This document shows positions 39,524-51,600 of a DNA stretch of 64,000 nt, one piece after another; position 1 is the first letter of the stretch; every line of letters begins with the position of its first letter. The notes below the pieces were generated by a model. The model made no database searches, was not told where the DNA came from, and was given only the letters and a program-made list of their open reading frames with translations. The stretch comes from Candidatus Poribacteria bacterium. GTDB lineage: Bacteria; Poribacteria; WGA-4E; WGA-3G. The stretch covers positions 3,808,001 to 3,872,000 of the forward strand of contig CAXXLX010000001.1 of the NCBI GenBank assembly GCA_963665235.2. The letters are read 5' to 3'. The position numbers and the translations under genes are program-made.

Positions 39524-41380
39524 ATGGTTTTAGAGAAAATTAACGCCCCTGTGGACTTAAAAAGACTTAGTATCACCGAACTTAAAACACTTGCTGAAGA
39601 GATGCGAGCACACCTATTGGCAGTACTTTCGCAGCACCCGGGACATTTCGCCCCTAATTTTGGTACCGTCGAATTAGCGATAGCAGTACATACCGTTTTT
39701 GACACCCCACGCGACAAAGTGATATGGGATATCGGGCATCAAGCTTATCCGCACAAACTGCTCACCGGTCGGCTGGATACGTTTGAGACGCTGCGGCAGA
39801 CAGGCGGCATCAGCGGGTTTCTGAGTCGCGAGGAGAGCAAATACGACGTGTTTGGAGCGGGACATTCAAGCACATCCATTCCCGCTGCGCTGGGTATCGC
39901 TGCAGCGCGTGATATCAATCAGGACAGTTATAAGGTTGTGGCGATTATTGGCGATGGGGGATTGACTGGCGGCATGGCATTGGAAGGTTTAAACGCCGCT
40001 GGCGACTTCAAAAAGGACATCGTGGTTATCCTCAACGATAATCAGATGTCAATTTCAGCAACCGTTGGGGCGTTTTCAAAACATTTTCATAAATTGACAA
40101 GCTCCCGTGGTTACAACAGACTTCGCGATGGTGCCAAAGAGCTGGTGAACTTCATCTCCTCTGATGCCAAAGCCCTAGCACAGAAGATTGAAGCCTCACT
40201 AAAAGCCGGCACGCTCTTTGAAGAATTTGGATTTCGTTATTTTGGACCGCTTGATGGAAATGACCTAGAAACATTAATTCCTGTACTGACAGGTATCCGT
40301 GAATTGTCCGGGCCCATTTTAGTGCACGTTGTTACGAAAAAAGGGAAAGGCTATCCACCTGCGGAGGAAGACCCCGTTGCATTTTACAGCGTCAGCGGCC
40401 AGTTCGATTTGAAAACTGGCAAGTCGCTTCGCCCAGCATCAGCAACGCCAAAGTACACAGACATTTTCAGTAAAACGCTCGTTGAAGAAGCGAAACGCGA
40501 TTCACGAATTATTGGGGTAACCGCAGCAATGCTTGGTGGAACAGGTCTAGACAAGCTCGCTGAGGTGTTACCAGACCGATGCTTTGACCTTGGCTTAGCC
40601 GAGCAGTGTGCTGTGACCTTCGCCGCCGGGCTTGCAACCGAGGGACTGAAACCTGTTGTCGCCATCTATTCAACGTTCCTACAACGGGGTTACGACCAGG
40701 TGCTCCACGATGTCTGTATTCAGAATTTACCTGTTGTTTTCGCACTTGACCGGGCAGGACTTGTCGGAGCGGATGGCCCCACGCACCACGGCGTATTCGA
40801 TATCGCATACCTACGTTCAATTCCTAACATCGTATCCATGGCACCGAAGGATGAAGATGAGTTGCAACACCTGCTCAAAACCGCACTGACTTATGAGGAC
40901 GGGCCGATTGCCCTCCGGTACCCGCGTGGCACCGGCATCGGTGTTAAAATAGCCCCGGAACCGGTCCCATTGCCTATCGGAAAAGCAGAAATCTGTCGCG
41001 AAGGTGAGGACCTGCTAATTGTAGCTATAGGTAACCGAGTGCACCCGGCACTTGAAGCCGCACAGACCTTGGCTGAGACCGGCATAGATAGCACAGTGCT
41101 CAACGCCCGCTTTATCAAACCGCTGGATGCGGCATTAATTATAGAACTCGCCCAACAAATTAGCAAGGTTATTACGGTAGAGGATGGCGTTCTGATGGGC
41201 GGGTTTGGCAGTGCCATATTGGAGGCACTGGCAGCCGAAGGTGTTACGGATGTTCGTGTCACTCGGCTCGGCGTGCCAGATAGATTTATCGAACACGGCG
41301 ACGTGAAAACCTTATACGATAGATACGGATATGACACCCAAGCTATCATACAAGCAGGCGTAGCATTAGCTGTGGGGTAG
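39524..41380 (+). CDS. dxs: 1-deoxy-D-xylulose-5-phosphate synthase
   Basis: WDIGHQAYPHK, GDGGLTGG, IYSTFLQR and DGPTHHG motifs; start MVLEKI. Confidence 0.97.
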   Translation: MVLEKINAPVDLKRLSITELKTLAEEMRAHLLAVLSQHPGHFAPNFGTVELAIAVHTVFDTPRDKVIWDIGHQAYPHKLLTGRLDTFETLRQTGGISGFLSREESKYDVFGAGHSSTSIPAALGIAAARDINQDSYKVVAIIGDGGLTGGMALEGLNAAGDFKKDIVVILNDNQMSISATVGAFSKHFHKLTSSRGYNRLRDGAKELVNFISSDAKALAQKIEASLKAGTLFEEFGFRYFGPLDGNDLETLIPVLTGIRELSGPILVHVVTKKGKGYPPAEEDPVAFYSVSGQFDLKTGKSLRPASATPKYTDIFSKTLVEEAKRDSRIIGVTAAMLGGTGLDKLAEVLPDRCFDLGLAEQCAVTFAAGLATEGLKPVVAIYSTFLQRGYDQVLHDVCIQNLPVVFALDRAGLVGADGPTHHGVFDIAYLRSIPNIVSMAPKDEDELQHLLKTALTYEDGPIALRYPRGTGIGVKIAPEPVPLPIGKAEICREGEDLLIVAIGNRVHPALEAAQTLAETGIDSTVLNARFIKPLDAALIIELAQQISKVITVEDGVLMGGFGSAILEALAAEGVTDVRVTRLGVPDRFIEHGDVKTLYDRYGYDTQAIIQAGVALAVG

Positions 41381-41386
41381 CGGAAC

Positions 41387-42259
41387 ATGGAACGGATAGA
41401 CGTAGTACTTGTTCAGCGAGGTTTGGCTGAAAGTCGACTTCAAGCAAAACGCCTTATTTTAGCGGGAGCGGTCAGAGTCGATAACATCTCGCAGCTGAAG
41501 CCGGGGAAACGTGTCCCGCCAGATGCCGTGATAGCGGTGGAGCAACCGACAAAATATGTTAGCCGCGGGGGGCTCAAACTTGAAAAGGCGTTGCAAACGT
41601 TCAATATTGCTGTGCAGGATAAGGTCGCTTTGGACGTTGGGGCTTCGACAGGGGGTTTCACCGATTGCTTGCTTCAACACGGGGCATGTTTTGTCTATGC
41701 TGTCGATGTAGGGTGTGAACAATTGGCACGGAAACTTCGTCAAGACTCGCGGGTGCATGTGCTTGAAAAAACAAACATTCGCTATATTGACAAAACACAC
41801 TTCACACACCCGCTTGATATAGCCGTGATTGATGTCTCTTTTATCTCGTTGCGGAAGGTGTTACCGGTGGTGATAGAACACCTTACTCCCGCTGGCGAGG
41901 GGGATAAGGGCAGGGCCGATGTTATCGCGCTCATCAAACCACAGTTTGAGGCGGGCCGCGTCCATGTGAAAAAAGGTGGTATCGTTGACGACCCAAGGGT
42001 GCACACAGAAACATTGGTGGATTTGATTGACTTTGTGCAGGAAAACCTGCATGTAACATCTATGGGGTTAACCTTTTCACCGATTCACCAAGACATCCGC
42101 AATATTGAGTACCTGCTTTGGCTGCGGAAACAGGATGTCGTTTGTTCGGAATCTGGACACCCCTCCTCAGTTATAGGCGCGCTTTGTCCGCAAGACTGCC
42201 GAGAGAATTTCGTTCGCGAGGTAGTTAGCACAGCACACCGCGCTTTTTCAAATAATTAG
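41387..42259 (+). CDS. tlyA: TlyA family rRNA 2'-O-methyltransferase
   Basis: YVSRGGLKL, DVGASTGGFTD, DVSFISL and LIKPQFE motifs. Confidence 0.95.
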   Translation: MERIDVVLVQRGLAESRLQAKRLILAGAVRVDNISQLKPGKRVPPDAVIAVEQPTKYVSRGGLKLEKALQTFNIAVQDKVALDVGASTGGFTDCLLQHGACFVYAVDVGCEQLARKLRQDSRVHVLEKTNIRYIDKTHFTHPLDIAVIDVSFISLRKVLPVVIEHLTPAGEGDKGRADVIALIKPQFEAGRVHVKKGGIVDDPRVHTETLVDLIDFVQENLHVTSMGLTFSPIHQDIRNIEYLLWLRKQDVVCSESGHPSSVIGALCPQDCRENFVREVVSTAHRAFSNN

Positions 42260-42324
42260 ATTGTGCCTATAATCAGAAGCCTGCCTGCACGGCACAGGCG
42301 AGCGGAGGCACCAGGATACAAAGC

Positions 42325-45300
42325 ATGACACGACGAAAAATCTTACTCATTACAATTCCATCCCTCATTTTTCTCTGTATGTTCGGCGGATTTCTTTTTA
42401 TCCGTTCAGACTATTTCCTAAAGTACCTCAAGTCCCAACTTGAAACAGGCATCCAAAATCATATCGATGACAAATACAAGGTCGAAGTCGGCACATTGAG
42501 TGGAAATGTCCTAACGGGTGTTCAGGTTAAGAGTTTTAACCTCAGCGAAAATGCATCTAAAGAAGCTGTTGTCTCAACAGAAGAAATAACGGTAAAATAC
42601 AAATTACTTGCCCTACTCCGCCGTAAATTTCTCGTTACCGCCTTAGAGATTTCTACGCCGCAGATTTATGCACGGCGGGATGCTGATAACCAGATTAATC
42701 TAACACAGCTCCTGAAACAGAAGGCCTCAGATTCAAACGAAACCCCCTTCGCTTTTGCTGTCTCCGAAGTGGATATAAAGAACGGTAAACTTCAATTCAC
42801 AGATAAACAACGGAATCTTGAAATGATACTCCCTGAGATTGAAGTTACGTTGGATGGACCGCTAGAAGCTTGGGCGCATAAAGGCACAGTCTCGGTGGGT
42901 AAAGGCAGATTCGCATTGAACGGCAAAGCACTGCCAATTGAACCATTTGAGAAGGTCAAGTTTTCCGTGTCAGCAGATAGCGGGGGCATGGAAGAGACGC
43001 TCCGACTGAAATTAGGTAACTCTGTACTGCAAATCAAAGGGAATTGGGAAAAAGACGCATGGCAAATGGATGCAGACCTAACGATAGACCCGGCAGACGT
43101 TCAAAAATTCGTAACCCCACAATACACACTCAAAGGGGAACCTGCAGCCATTACGTTGAACGCGAGAGAAACCGAGGCGGGTCTAACAGGCAGTCTTACG
43201 GCGACACTTCAGAGCATCTCTGTAAATGATATATTGATGGAAGCATTAGCAGTTTCTGCGGACTTCACAGACGAGACGTTCCGCGTGAAACAGATAACAG
43301 GAAAAATTGCAGGCGGTGAAATTTCCGGGACAGGTAAGATTGTCAAAACAGCAGCAGGTGAAGCCGGACAATTCAGTTATGATGGCGAAATCTTTGTGAA
43401 AGATATTCAACTTCCCCCGTTTTTGTCGATGTTGGTGGATTTACCGGAAGGAAATCCACATATCAATTCCGGAATGCTTGCCGGTAAGGCGATTGTGCAG
43501 GGTAATACTTCACGGATGCTGCACGTTGAAAGCAGCCTGCAACTTTCAGAGACAACTTTCCTTGTAAAGAGCGACACTTCGGATGATACGTCGATGATAT
43601 CCTTAAGGGATTCAGACATAGCGTGTACGATTTCGACATCGGGAGAAGGCGACACGAAGATTACAGCAACCGGGAACCTAGATGAAGCTCGCATTGGACT
43701 TGAAGGCACCTACGACAGCCTCAATCTCACGCTCCACTCTATAGGCTTCGGGAAGATTTTAAAAATCCTTAACAGTGCCCCTTTCGCAGGGGTTGGACAC
43801 TTGACAGCCGAAATCACAAAAGGGAAAACCGCCACAGGCCACTTAGAAATACCCACTGCCACCTTCATGGGCACCCCAATTGGCAGGTTAGCTGGCGACT
43901 TTCGCTATGCTGACAAGGTTATGTTTATTGAAAACGCACATCTCACCAAAAAAGGGGTTAGCGGAGATAGTAGTGTTTCCATCACGGGCAAAGTGGATAT
44001 CGTAGGCGAGCTCCCAGCAAATCTCCGTATTATCGTCGAGCCTATCGTGCTAGACGCTGAATATAACACCCTATTTTTGGGCGGTCCGCAAGATGTGCAT
44101 GGCACACTCACAGGTGAGTTGAATCTGGATGGGACACTTATGCATCTCAACGGAAACGGGACGCTCACCGTGAGTGACGGTAAAGCCTGGGGCATTCATT
44201 TAGACACGTTGACGCTCCCGCTGGAAATTGAGGATTACGCTATAACAGTCTCTAACTTCGAAATTACGACACGCGGGCAGCAGATTATTCTCAACGCTGT
44301 AGTGGATAACAACGGGGACTTTGAGGTTAGCCTCAAAAACAGGCTCGACACACCCATCCAATTGGCGGAAATAGCCGCTGCCGCAAATATAACCGATTTT
44401 CCATTTGATGCCAAGTTAGATGTTAATGTAGCCTTAGGTCAAGAAAAACCGAACGATTTTGAATTTCTGATAGAATGTAATGCCACAGACATAACGTTTG
44501 ACAGCAATCCCCTTGGAGATGCCTACCTTGCAGGGACGCTCATAGAACAGAAACGGTTGACTGGCGACCCCGACTTTTTCCGTTTTAAGGGGGATGCTTT
44601 CGAAGGCACAACCCAGATTGAAGGCACTATTAGCACTGCTGTGGAGAACCCATACCAATTCGTCCTCACGAGCATAGGTATCAACGTTTCACCTATTCTC
44701 CGTATCTTTCATCCTACACTAGAGCAGATTACCGGGACAGCGGATAGCGTCGTTAAAATAGAGGGCACTATCGCAGAATTAGCACCACCCCCAGGCGAGA
44801 TGGATAACGAGGATAACAAAAAACCTGACAACCGACGCGTCCACCCCTATAACGTCGACATAAAAATCAGTGACACACAACTTCACTATAACACGTTAGA
44901 CCTTACAAATCGGCAGCCGATTCACATCAAATTGGTAGATGACCTCTGGACGGTTTTAGCCTTCTCGCTTACAGCGGATACGGAGCAATCACCGTTTATT
45001 CAAATAGATGGCACTTATGACGCGAAAGGGGAAGAGATGAATCTTCGTGTCAGGTCTTTGCCAAACGAACATTTTGCGTTAGCCCCGCTTAGCAAAATAT
45101 TCCGGCTACCGATTTCAGGTACAGCCACCTATCTGCTGCACGCCACCGGCACACTCCCCAACCCGCGGGTTAATGTCAACTACACGGTTCCGACATTAAC
45201 CATCCAAACAGAAATAGGGGATATCAACCTAAGCCATGGTAGGGGGGGGTTGACGTATCGGAATAACACGGTCACCGTAGAACCGTCTACCCTAGTCGTT

Positions 45301-48300
45301 TTGGGAAATGCTCTACAAGTTGAAGGAGATGTGACCATTCAGCCCGAAAACGTTAACACCTCGGCACTAAACCTCCACCTCACCGCTGACAAACTTGATT
45401 TAGCCAAGTTTGAAGAGATTGTGACAAACATTATGCCCCCCGAGGTCTTAAAGCGTCTGACGCAAAATAACCATGAGCAGTCGGCAGTTAGGCTACTTGA
45501 GGGGCAACTCACGACATCACTATATATAACAGGCACCCTCACACAACCCACAATTGCTATAGGTGCTAACACAACACACGCGGCCCCGATACGTCTCAAA
45601 CCGTTCGCCAAACCTATCACATTAACACGTTTACGCGCGGTAACCACGGCTACCTCAAAATCTGTTCATATCAACACCCTAGAAGCAAACGGATGGATAG
45701 GCGAAGGCACCTTTCAGGTAAAGGCAAACGAAACTACGTTTCCAGTGATAGAGCGTTCTAAAGCGGAACAGTTTAATATAGAGATAGCTGTAACAAAATT
45801 GGAGGTATCGGACTTCGCGACCCTGTTTTACGAAGGAGATGAAAAATCCCCCGTACACGGCACCGTAACCGGTAAGCTCAACGTAGCGGGGACAGGCTTC
45901 AGTCCGAATCTGATTACAACGTCGTGTGGCATAACGGAGCTCAATCTCCAAATCTATAACACACAAATCGTTAGCACGGCCGCTTTTGAAATCCGATACG
46001 ACAAAGAGGCCCTAGATGCCTATCTCCCGCTACAAATAACCTCGTCCACGATGCAGACAACATCCAACATTCGTATTGAGGGAACACCTATAGCCCCTAT
46101 TGTGACGCTAAATTGGGTCGGGGAATTTGACACCCCTTCACCCTTACAGTGGCGTGGTGATGTGCAATACCGCAATCAACAGATAACCGTTGAACAGATT
46201 GAACTCACGTATAACAAGAATGACACATTAACCTTGACAGGCGAGATACCGTGCGATTTGAGGTTCGCAGCAATGGATATTTCAGAAAGATTTCTTGATA
46301 ACCCGCTTTCAGTCCAACTGAGCGGGCAGGAGATACCCCTTCATTTTTTTCCGGGGCTGGATACACATTTTTCAGAAATAACAGCAGGTGTTATTGATAT
46401 CAACCTGCAGCTGCTCGGTACGCCCCGTGCCCCCTATCTACACGGAGACTTTTCGGTGCAGGCAGACCGGCTATACGCTCACCGCTTCAATCAAACGCTC
46501 ACCGATGCAACGTTTCAACTCAAAGCACAACGGAATAGCATTGAAGTGACAAAACTTCAGTTTAAGATAGAGGGCAGTGAATGTACTATTGACAGCGGTC
46601 AATTGCAATTAGATGGCTTGATACCGAAACAATTTAGACTTGAGGGGTTTACGCTTACAAAATACCCGGTAGGGGCCGTAGTGGAACGCGCTGTATCAAC
46701 CGATATTTTAACAGAAATCGATGGGCATATCACTGCACGGCTTGAGACACTGACAATTCCATTTGACACCTTTTTTCAGGAGGGAAAAAATGAAGAATCT
46801 TCGATTTTTCATCAGCTCCCGATAATAAGCGAGATACCCTCTGCCGATACGCTTCTTGAAGTATCAGCTGCAAAATTCGCCATCGATACCCTCAACTTCG
46901 CCTTTACTGCCCTTGGGAAACATTACAATTTCCATAATCCGCACCCTATCGAGATTAAACTTAGCGAAGGTATACTAACGCTTGAAGAGGGATTTACACT
47001 ACAAGATAAAGCGGCCCCCGCTTCTACCGATGCACAGGAATCTGGTGCATCGGTAAACCCCATAATCCTTAGCGGTTTCGGCAAATGGGACCACCACAAG
47101 CTGTGGGGAGACGTGATGCTTAAGAATCTTGATGTTTCTGTTCTAAATGCACTTCCGTCCTGGCCTAACGAATATTCGGTTACGGGTGTTCTGTCAACCA
47201 ATATACGCATCAGAGGTAACGACACAGCCCCAGAGGTCACAGTGGAATGCAAAGGAGATAAAATAGGTATCAATCAGGCAGAGATTCATGAATTCGAAGC
47301 GGAGCTACGTTACGCTGACCAGGAGTGGAAAATAGAAGAGAACGGAGCCCGCCTTAAATTTGGCAAAAACGAGCTCACATGCACCGGAACATTGCCCTAT
47401 CTACTTTCGCTAACACCGTTTCGCGCCGAACCGCTTCCTAAGCCGATAACAGGCAGTTTAACCTTTAAAATGGAAGAACTCACACCCCTTCTGTTAATCG
47501 TCCCTTACCCCTATATCACCGCTGCGAGTGGAAAAGGTGAGCTCACTGCCTACTTTAGCGGAACGCTAAGTAACCCCAAGATTGAAGGCACCGGAAACCT
47601 CAGTGATATCGCGCTGGACATACCGACCGCGAGCATTTCCCTTAAAGACACAATGTGTAACTTCAAGTTTTCTGAACAAGCCCTTGAGCTCGAAGAACTT
47701 CACGGCGCATTGAATAGGGACCTGAATAGAGAAGGACGTTTTTTTGTCACGGGTACTATCGACCTGGAAAACAGAGACATGAATTTGGAAACCACGCTTA
47801 ACGATACAAGCTTTGCACAGTCAGAGCTGTTTCAGTTCGACATTGCCACTGCCAACCTTCAGTTACGCGGGCCCGTTACAGAACCACGGCTGACTGGCGA
47901 CATCGATATTCGAGATGGATATTACCAGCAAAACTGGGGACTTGTACGGGATTGGCTCTCCGGCACCACCGTCACAGAAGCGGACCGTGCCCTGGACAAT
48001 ATACTTTTGAGCAACCTCTACTTAGATGTCGAGGTGCAAATCAAAAAACCGAACGACTTTCGGTTGCTTTCATCACTCACCTTATACGCCTTGCTCACAG
48101 GTTCCGCCGACATTTCAATTGCTTGCTCCGGCAAACTTATCGGGTCCATTCAACGTCCAGTTTTCACGGGAGATATGTCACTTCTCAGCGGGAACATTAA
48201 ATTTCCGACAGGCACCGTTTTTGAGTTCGTTGAGAAGGATGTAGCCCTCCAAAACGAGAACCCCGTTGCGTTTAATCCCGTTTTAGACATCTCATTCCAA

Positions 48301-48663
48301 ACCCCCAACCCGATTCGCGGCGTTTTCCTCAAAGATGGTAGTACCGCAGACATGATTATCAGATTTGATGTGACCGGCTCTTTATTGGATAATCCAAACA
48401 CCCGTTTGAAAGCGGTACCACTGAACACAACATCAACCGAAGTGCTAACGGAATCAGAAATTATCGCCCTGCTGTTACCGAACAAGGCGTTCTCTGCTAT
48501 CCTTGGCGGCATTACCTTCACTGTTTCCTCCGGGCTTGAACCTGACACACGTCACATTAGTGCTGTTTATCCACTCCCCTTCGGCAAAAATATATTTCTC
48601 AAAATGGAACGGGATCAAAAAGGGGAATACGGGGCCGATATTCAATGGGAGGGACGTTTCTAA
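42325..48663 (+). CDS. tamB: TamB/AsmA-like translocation and assembly protein (2112 aa)
   Basis: N-terminal TM anchor, long beta-rich repeats, adjacent to an Omp85 gene. Confidence 0.8.
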   Translation: MTRRKILLITIPSLIFLCMFGGFLFIRSDYFLKYLKSQLETGIQNHIDDKYKVEVGTLSGNVLTGVQVKSFNLSENASKEAVVSTEEITVKYKLLALLRRKFLVTALEISTPQIYARRDADNQINLTQLLKQKASDSNETPFAFAVSEVDIKNGKLQFTDKQRNLEMILPEIEVTLDGPLEAWAHKGTVSVGKGRFALNGKALPIEPFEKVKFSVSADSGGMEETLRLKLGNSVLQIKGNWEKDAWQMDADLTIDPADVQKFVTPQYTLKGEPAAITLNARETEAGLTGSLTATLQSISVNDILMEALAVSADFTDETFRVKQITGKIAGGEISGTGKIVKTAAGEAGQFSYDGEIFVKDIQLPPFLSMLVDLPEGNPHINSGMLAGKAIVQGNTSRMLHVESSLQLSETTFLVKSDTSDDTSMISLRDSDIACTISTSGEGDTKITATGNLDEARIGLEGTYDSLNLTLHSIGFGKILKILNSAPFAGVGHLTAEITKGKTATGHLEIPTATFMGTPIGRLAGDFRYADKVMFIENAHLTKKGVSGDSSVSITGKVDIVGELPANLRIIVEPIVLDAEYNTLFLGGPQDVHGTLTGELNLDGTLMHLNGNGTLTVSDGKAWGIHLDTLTLPLEIEDYAITVSNFEITTRGQQIILNAVVDNNGDFEVSLKNRLDTPIQLAEIAAAANITDFPFDAKLDVNVALGQEKPNDFEFLIECNATDITFDSNPLGDAYLAGTLIEQKRLTGDPDFFRFKGDAFEGTTQIEGTISTAVENPYQFVLTSIGINVSPILRIFHPTLEQITGTADSVVKIEGTIAELAPPPGEMDNEDNKKPDNRRVHPYNVDIKISDTQLHYNTLDLTNRQPIHIKLVDDLWTVLAFSLTADTEQSPFIQIDGTYDAKGEEMNLRVRSLPNEHFALAPLSKIFRLPISGTATYLLHATGTLPNPRVNVNYTVPTLTIQTEIGDINLSHGRGGLTYRNNTVTVEPSTLVVLGNALQVEGDVTIQPENVNTSALNLHLTADKLDLAKFEEIVTNIMPPEVLKRLTQNNHEQSAVRLLEGQLTTSLYITGTLTQPTIAIGANTTHAAPIRLKPFAKPITLTRLRAVTTATSKSVHINTLEANGWIGEGTFQVKANETTFPVIERSKAEQFNIEIAVTKLEVSDFATLFYEGDEKSPVHGTVTGKLNVAGTGFSPNLITTSCGITELNLQIYNTQIVSTAAFEIRYDKEALDAYLPLQITSSTMQTTSNIRIEGTPIAPIVTLNWVGEFDTPSPLQWRGDVQYRNQQITVEQIELTYNKNDTLTLTGEIPCDLRFAAMDISERFLDNPLSVQLSGQEIPLHFFPGLDTHFSEITAGVIDINLQLLGTPRAPYLHGDFSVQADRLYAHRFNQTLTDATFQLKAQRNSIEVTKLQFKIEGSECTIDSGQLQLDGLIPKQFRLEGFTLTKYPVGAVVERAVSTDILTEIDGHITARLETLTIPFDTFFQEGKNEESSIFHQLPIISEIPSADTLLEVSAAKFAIDTLNFAFTALGKHYNFHNPHPIEIKLSEGILTLEEGFTLQDKAAPASTDAQESGASVNPIILSGFGKWDHHKLWGDVMLKNLDVSVLNALPSWPNEYSVTGVLSTNIRIRGNDTAPEVTVECKGDKIGINQAEIHEFEAELRYADQEWKIEENGARLKFGKNELTCTGTLPYLLSLTPFRAEPLPKPITGSLTFKMEELTPLLLIVPYPYITAASGKGELTAYFSGTLSNPKIEGTGNLSDIALDIPTASISLKDTMCNFKFSEQALELEELHGALNRDLNREGRFFVTGTIDLENRDMNLETTLNDTSFAQSELFQFDIATANLQLRGPVTEPRLTGDIDIRDGYYQQNWGLVRDWLSGTTVTEADRALDNILLSNLYLDVEVQIKKPNDFRLLSSLTLYALLTGSADISIACSGKLIGSIQRPVFTGDMSLLSGNIKFPTGTVFEFVEKDVALQNENPVAFNPVLDISFQTPNPIRGVFLKDGSTADMIIRFDVTGSLLDNPNTRLKAVPLNTTSTEVLTESEIIALLLPNKAFSAILGGITFTVSSGLEPDTRHISAVYPLPFGKNIFLKMERDQKGEYGADIQWEGRF

Positions 48664-48665
48664 AA

Positions 48666-51600
48666 ATGCCTAAATTGCAAAAGACCGCACCCACCCCTAG
48701 GCGGATAAACGGCGGTAAGACCGCTATATCTCTTTCTGTTTTCTTACTGTTCTGTGCTCTTATTGTTACACCCGTATCGGGCGGAGTGGAGGATGAAAAC
48801 AACCAGCAACGTCCAGAGACTGTCAGCAGTTCACAAGAAACACAAGTAGCCCAAATTATTTACCGCATCGACACACGGATTGTTACTGAAACGGTTGTTC
48901 TCGATACCCTTAAAAAACGGACACACATAACCGTCGGCGCACCGTTCTCACGACAGGCTATCCAACAGAGTGTTGTTTCGCTCCATGCTTTAGCACAATT
49001 TTCCCAAGTTAACGTTTACGCACTCGATACGCCGGAAGGAGTCATACTCACCTTTGACCTAAAACGTGTAGTGCATATCAAAAAAATTGAAATCACAGGT
49101 GTGCCTGATGAACTCAAGCGTGCGCTCCGAAATGCAATGCTCTCAAAGGTTGGTCATATATACCTGCCCGCAATTGCTGAAAGCGAAGTGCCCCGTATCA
49201 AAGCAGCATGCACAGATTACGGCTATTTTAGCCCGACAGTCATTCACAAACCTATTACAGCGGAGGGACAGGTAACCTATCAGATAACCTTAGGAAATCC
49301 ATCCCTTATCAAAACGTTGCAGATTCAAGGACATGAGTCGGTATCGACTAAAGACATACAGGATGCCTGTCGGCTGAGCCGTGTCGGAAAACCGTACCGT
49401 AAATACGCTGTGGAAACCGATATTGCCCAAATTCGCGCACTTTACCGTAAAAAGCATTACCCTACTGCTACAGTTGTCCCTACCTTTACACACAAAACAG
49501 GTGTACTGCTCCTTCAGATTAATCAAGGCAAACAGTATCTTATCGAATTTCTGTCTAAAAAGGATGGACGGCCGATTGTTTTCAGTTCAGGGTTTCGCAA
49601 TTTTCTCGCCAAATTCGGCATCGGCAACGCAAGTTCTGAAGAGATGGAACTTAAGGAGAAAATAATAAACGCTCCATTCCTTTACAAACAAACTATCCAA
49701 GCACATTTTGAAGTGAAAGGATACTACGGAACCGAGGTATCCCCTCCAGAAATTATAGATACACCCCTAAGATATCACGCGAAATTTACAATTAATCCCG
49801 GCACCCGCTATACTGTCAAAAACATCAGCTTCAGCGGCAATAAGGCGTTTTCGGATGCTGTGCTCCTGCGCGAAATGCAGGCCCGACCTCCGAATCGCCT
49901 CTCTCGGCTCATCCGGAAACGTTTTCTTTCCAAGCAGATACTTGAAACAGATAAACAGAGCCTGAAAATTTTATATAAAAAGGCGGGTTATCCAAAAGTC
50001 GTTATCGAAATAGACCTACACAAGCATACCCCCAACAACAAGGATATTGGTGAGGTCGAAATACACGTTGACATCGTAGAGCTATACAAGGAGGTAATTC
50101 AGCGATGTCATTTCATAGGAAATCAGGTCATAGATACCGCAACCCTGCTTGGTGCTTTGCCCATCCAACCTCCACAACCCAATGAAAGTCTGCTAGAAAA
50201 AGGTTACGCAAACGCTGTACTCAAAATGTATTACGAACGCGGTTACGTAGATGCTGAAGTAAAGACGAAGTACATGGATAAAACGGACACGGCTGTTCTA
50301 GAGGTACCTGGTAATTTTTCGGAACACCTCGATGCAGGTACGCTGCCACCGGAACTCCGGGATGAATTTGAAAAACAGGGACTCACATTGGCGGGAACCT
50401 TTATTGCCTCAAAAATAGACGAACATTGGATTATACAAGATGCCGAAAACAACGCCCGATACACCCTCAAGCAACACCCTACATCCCTATCTGTTTTTGA
50501 ACACGGTGTTCTCCACATTGAAATTACTGAAGGCCCCCAAGTCGTGTTCGGCACATTCTATTTCGGAGGCGACCCCGGTGTGAAACGGCAAGTCCTCACA
50601 CGCGAGGTAGAACACCTCCCAGGCACACGTTATACCCCCTCTAAATTGAGCCGTGTTTTGCAAAACCTCTATAAAACCGGTCTTTTCGAACCAGGTATTC
50701 GCACCACCGCAATAGAACGCGCTGACACTATAAAGCAAACTGCTACGGCACCGAATAGAAACGCTGAGACCTCGAACACTGTACCGCAAACTGTTAGTCT
50801 GCAAGCGACCGTCCAACCGAGAGTTAAAGATGTCCTGATTGAACTCCAAAGACAGAAACCGGGTGCCTACGGTGCCAGCATCGGTTATAATGCTTCAGAA
50901 GGCGCGCGCGGCACGCTGGCGTTAAGCCACCGAAACATCTTCAAGCGAAACATACGATTTCTCCTACGAGGCAGAGGCGGCACCCGAGCCGGTACACTCG
51001 GATATCTATACGACGCTACGCTCACAGAACCCTGGTTCCTCGGCAGAACACAGGGCAGCCTCCAGTGGGCCGAAAGGAATTTAGAGGAGGATGATAATGT
51101 CAGAGCACGGCAAGCAAGTTTTACCCTCAGCAGGGAATTACCGCGCGACAACTGGCTTGAACTCCAATACAGCTTTCGCCACCTGCGTCAACCGGACGCG
51201 ACGACAATCACACTAACAGACAAAACGACAACCGTCAGCAGCCTCCGCTTCTCATGGACGCATAACAGCCGATTTCCCTCTATTAACCCGATATCTGGTA
51301 TATTGAATGAAGTCACCCTTGAATACGCGGGTAATTTATTGGGCGGACAAACAAACTTTATCAAAACCGTAACCGATACACGTTATTATAGAAAACTCCA
51401 CAATAAGGGCCCTGTCCTTGCAACAGCCCTCCGATTCGGCATCACTACAGGAATTGGTTCAAGCCGACACGCCGAACTGATTTCGTTTGAGCGGTTTTGG
51501 GCAGGCGGTAGCACAACAGTCCGAGGCTACGCTGAACGCGGCCTCGGGCCCCTCGATAGCACCCTCAGGCACCGCGGCAATGTACAGCTTATCTTTAATA

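Noticed and set aside
41387-42259. Haemolysin virulence factor
   Set aside because: Ordinary TlyA methyltransferase in its usual position after dxs.
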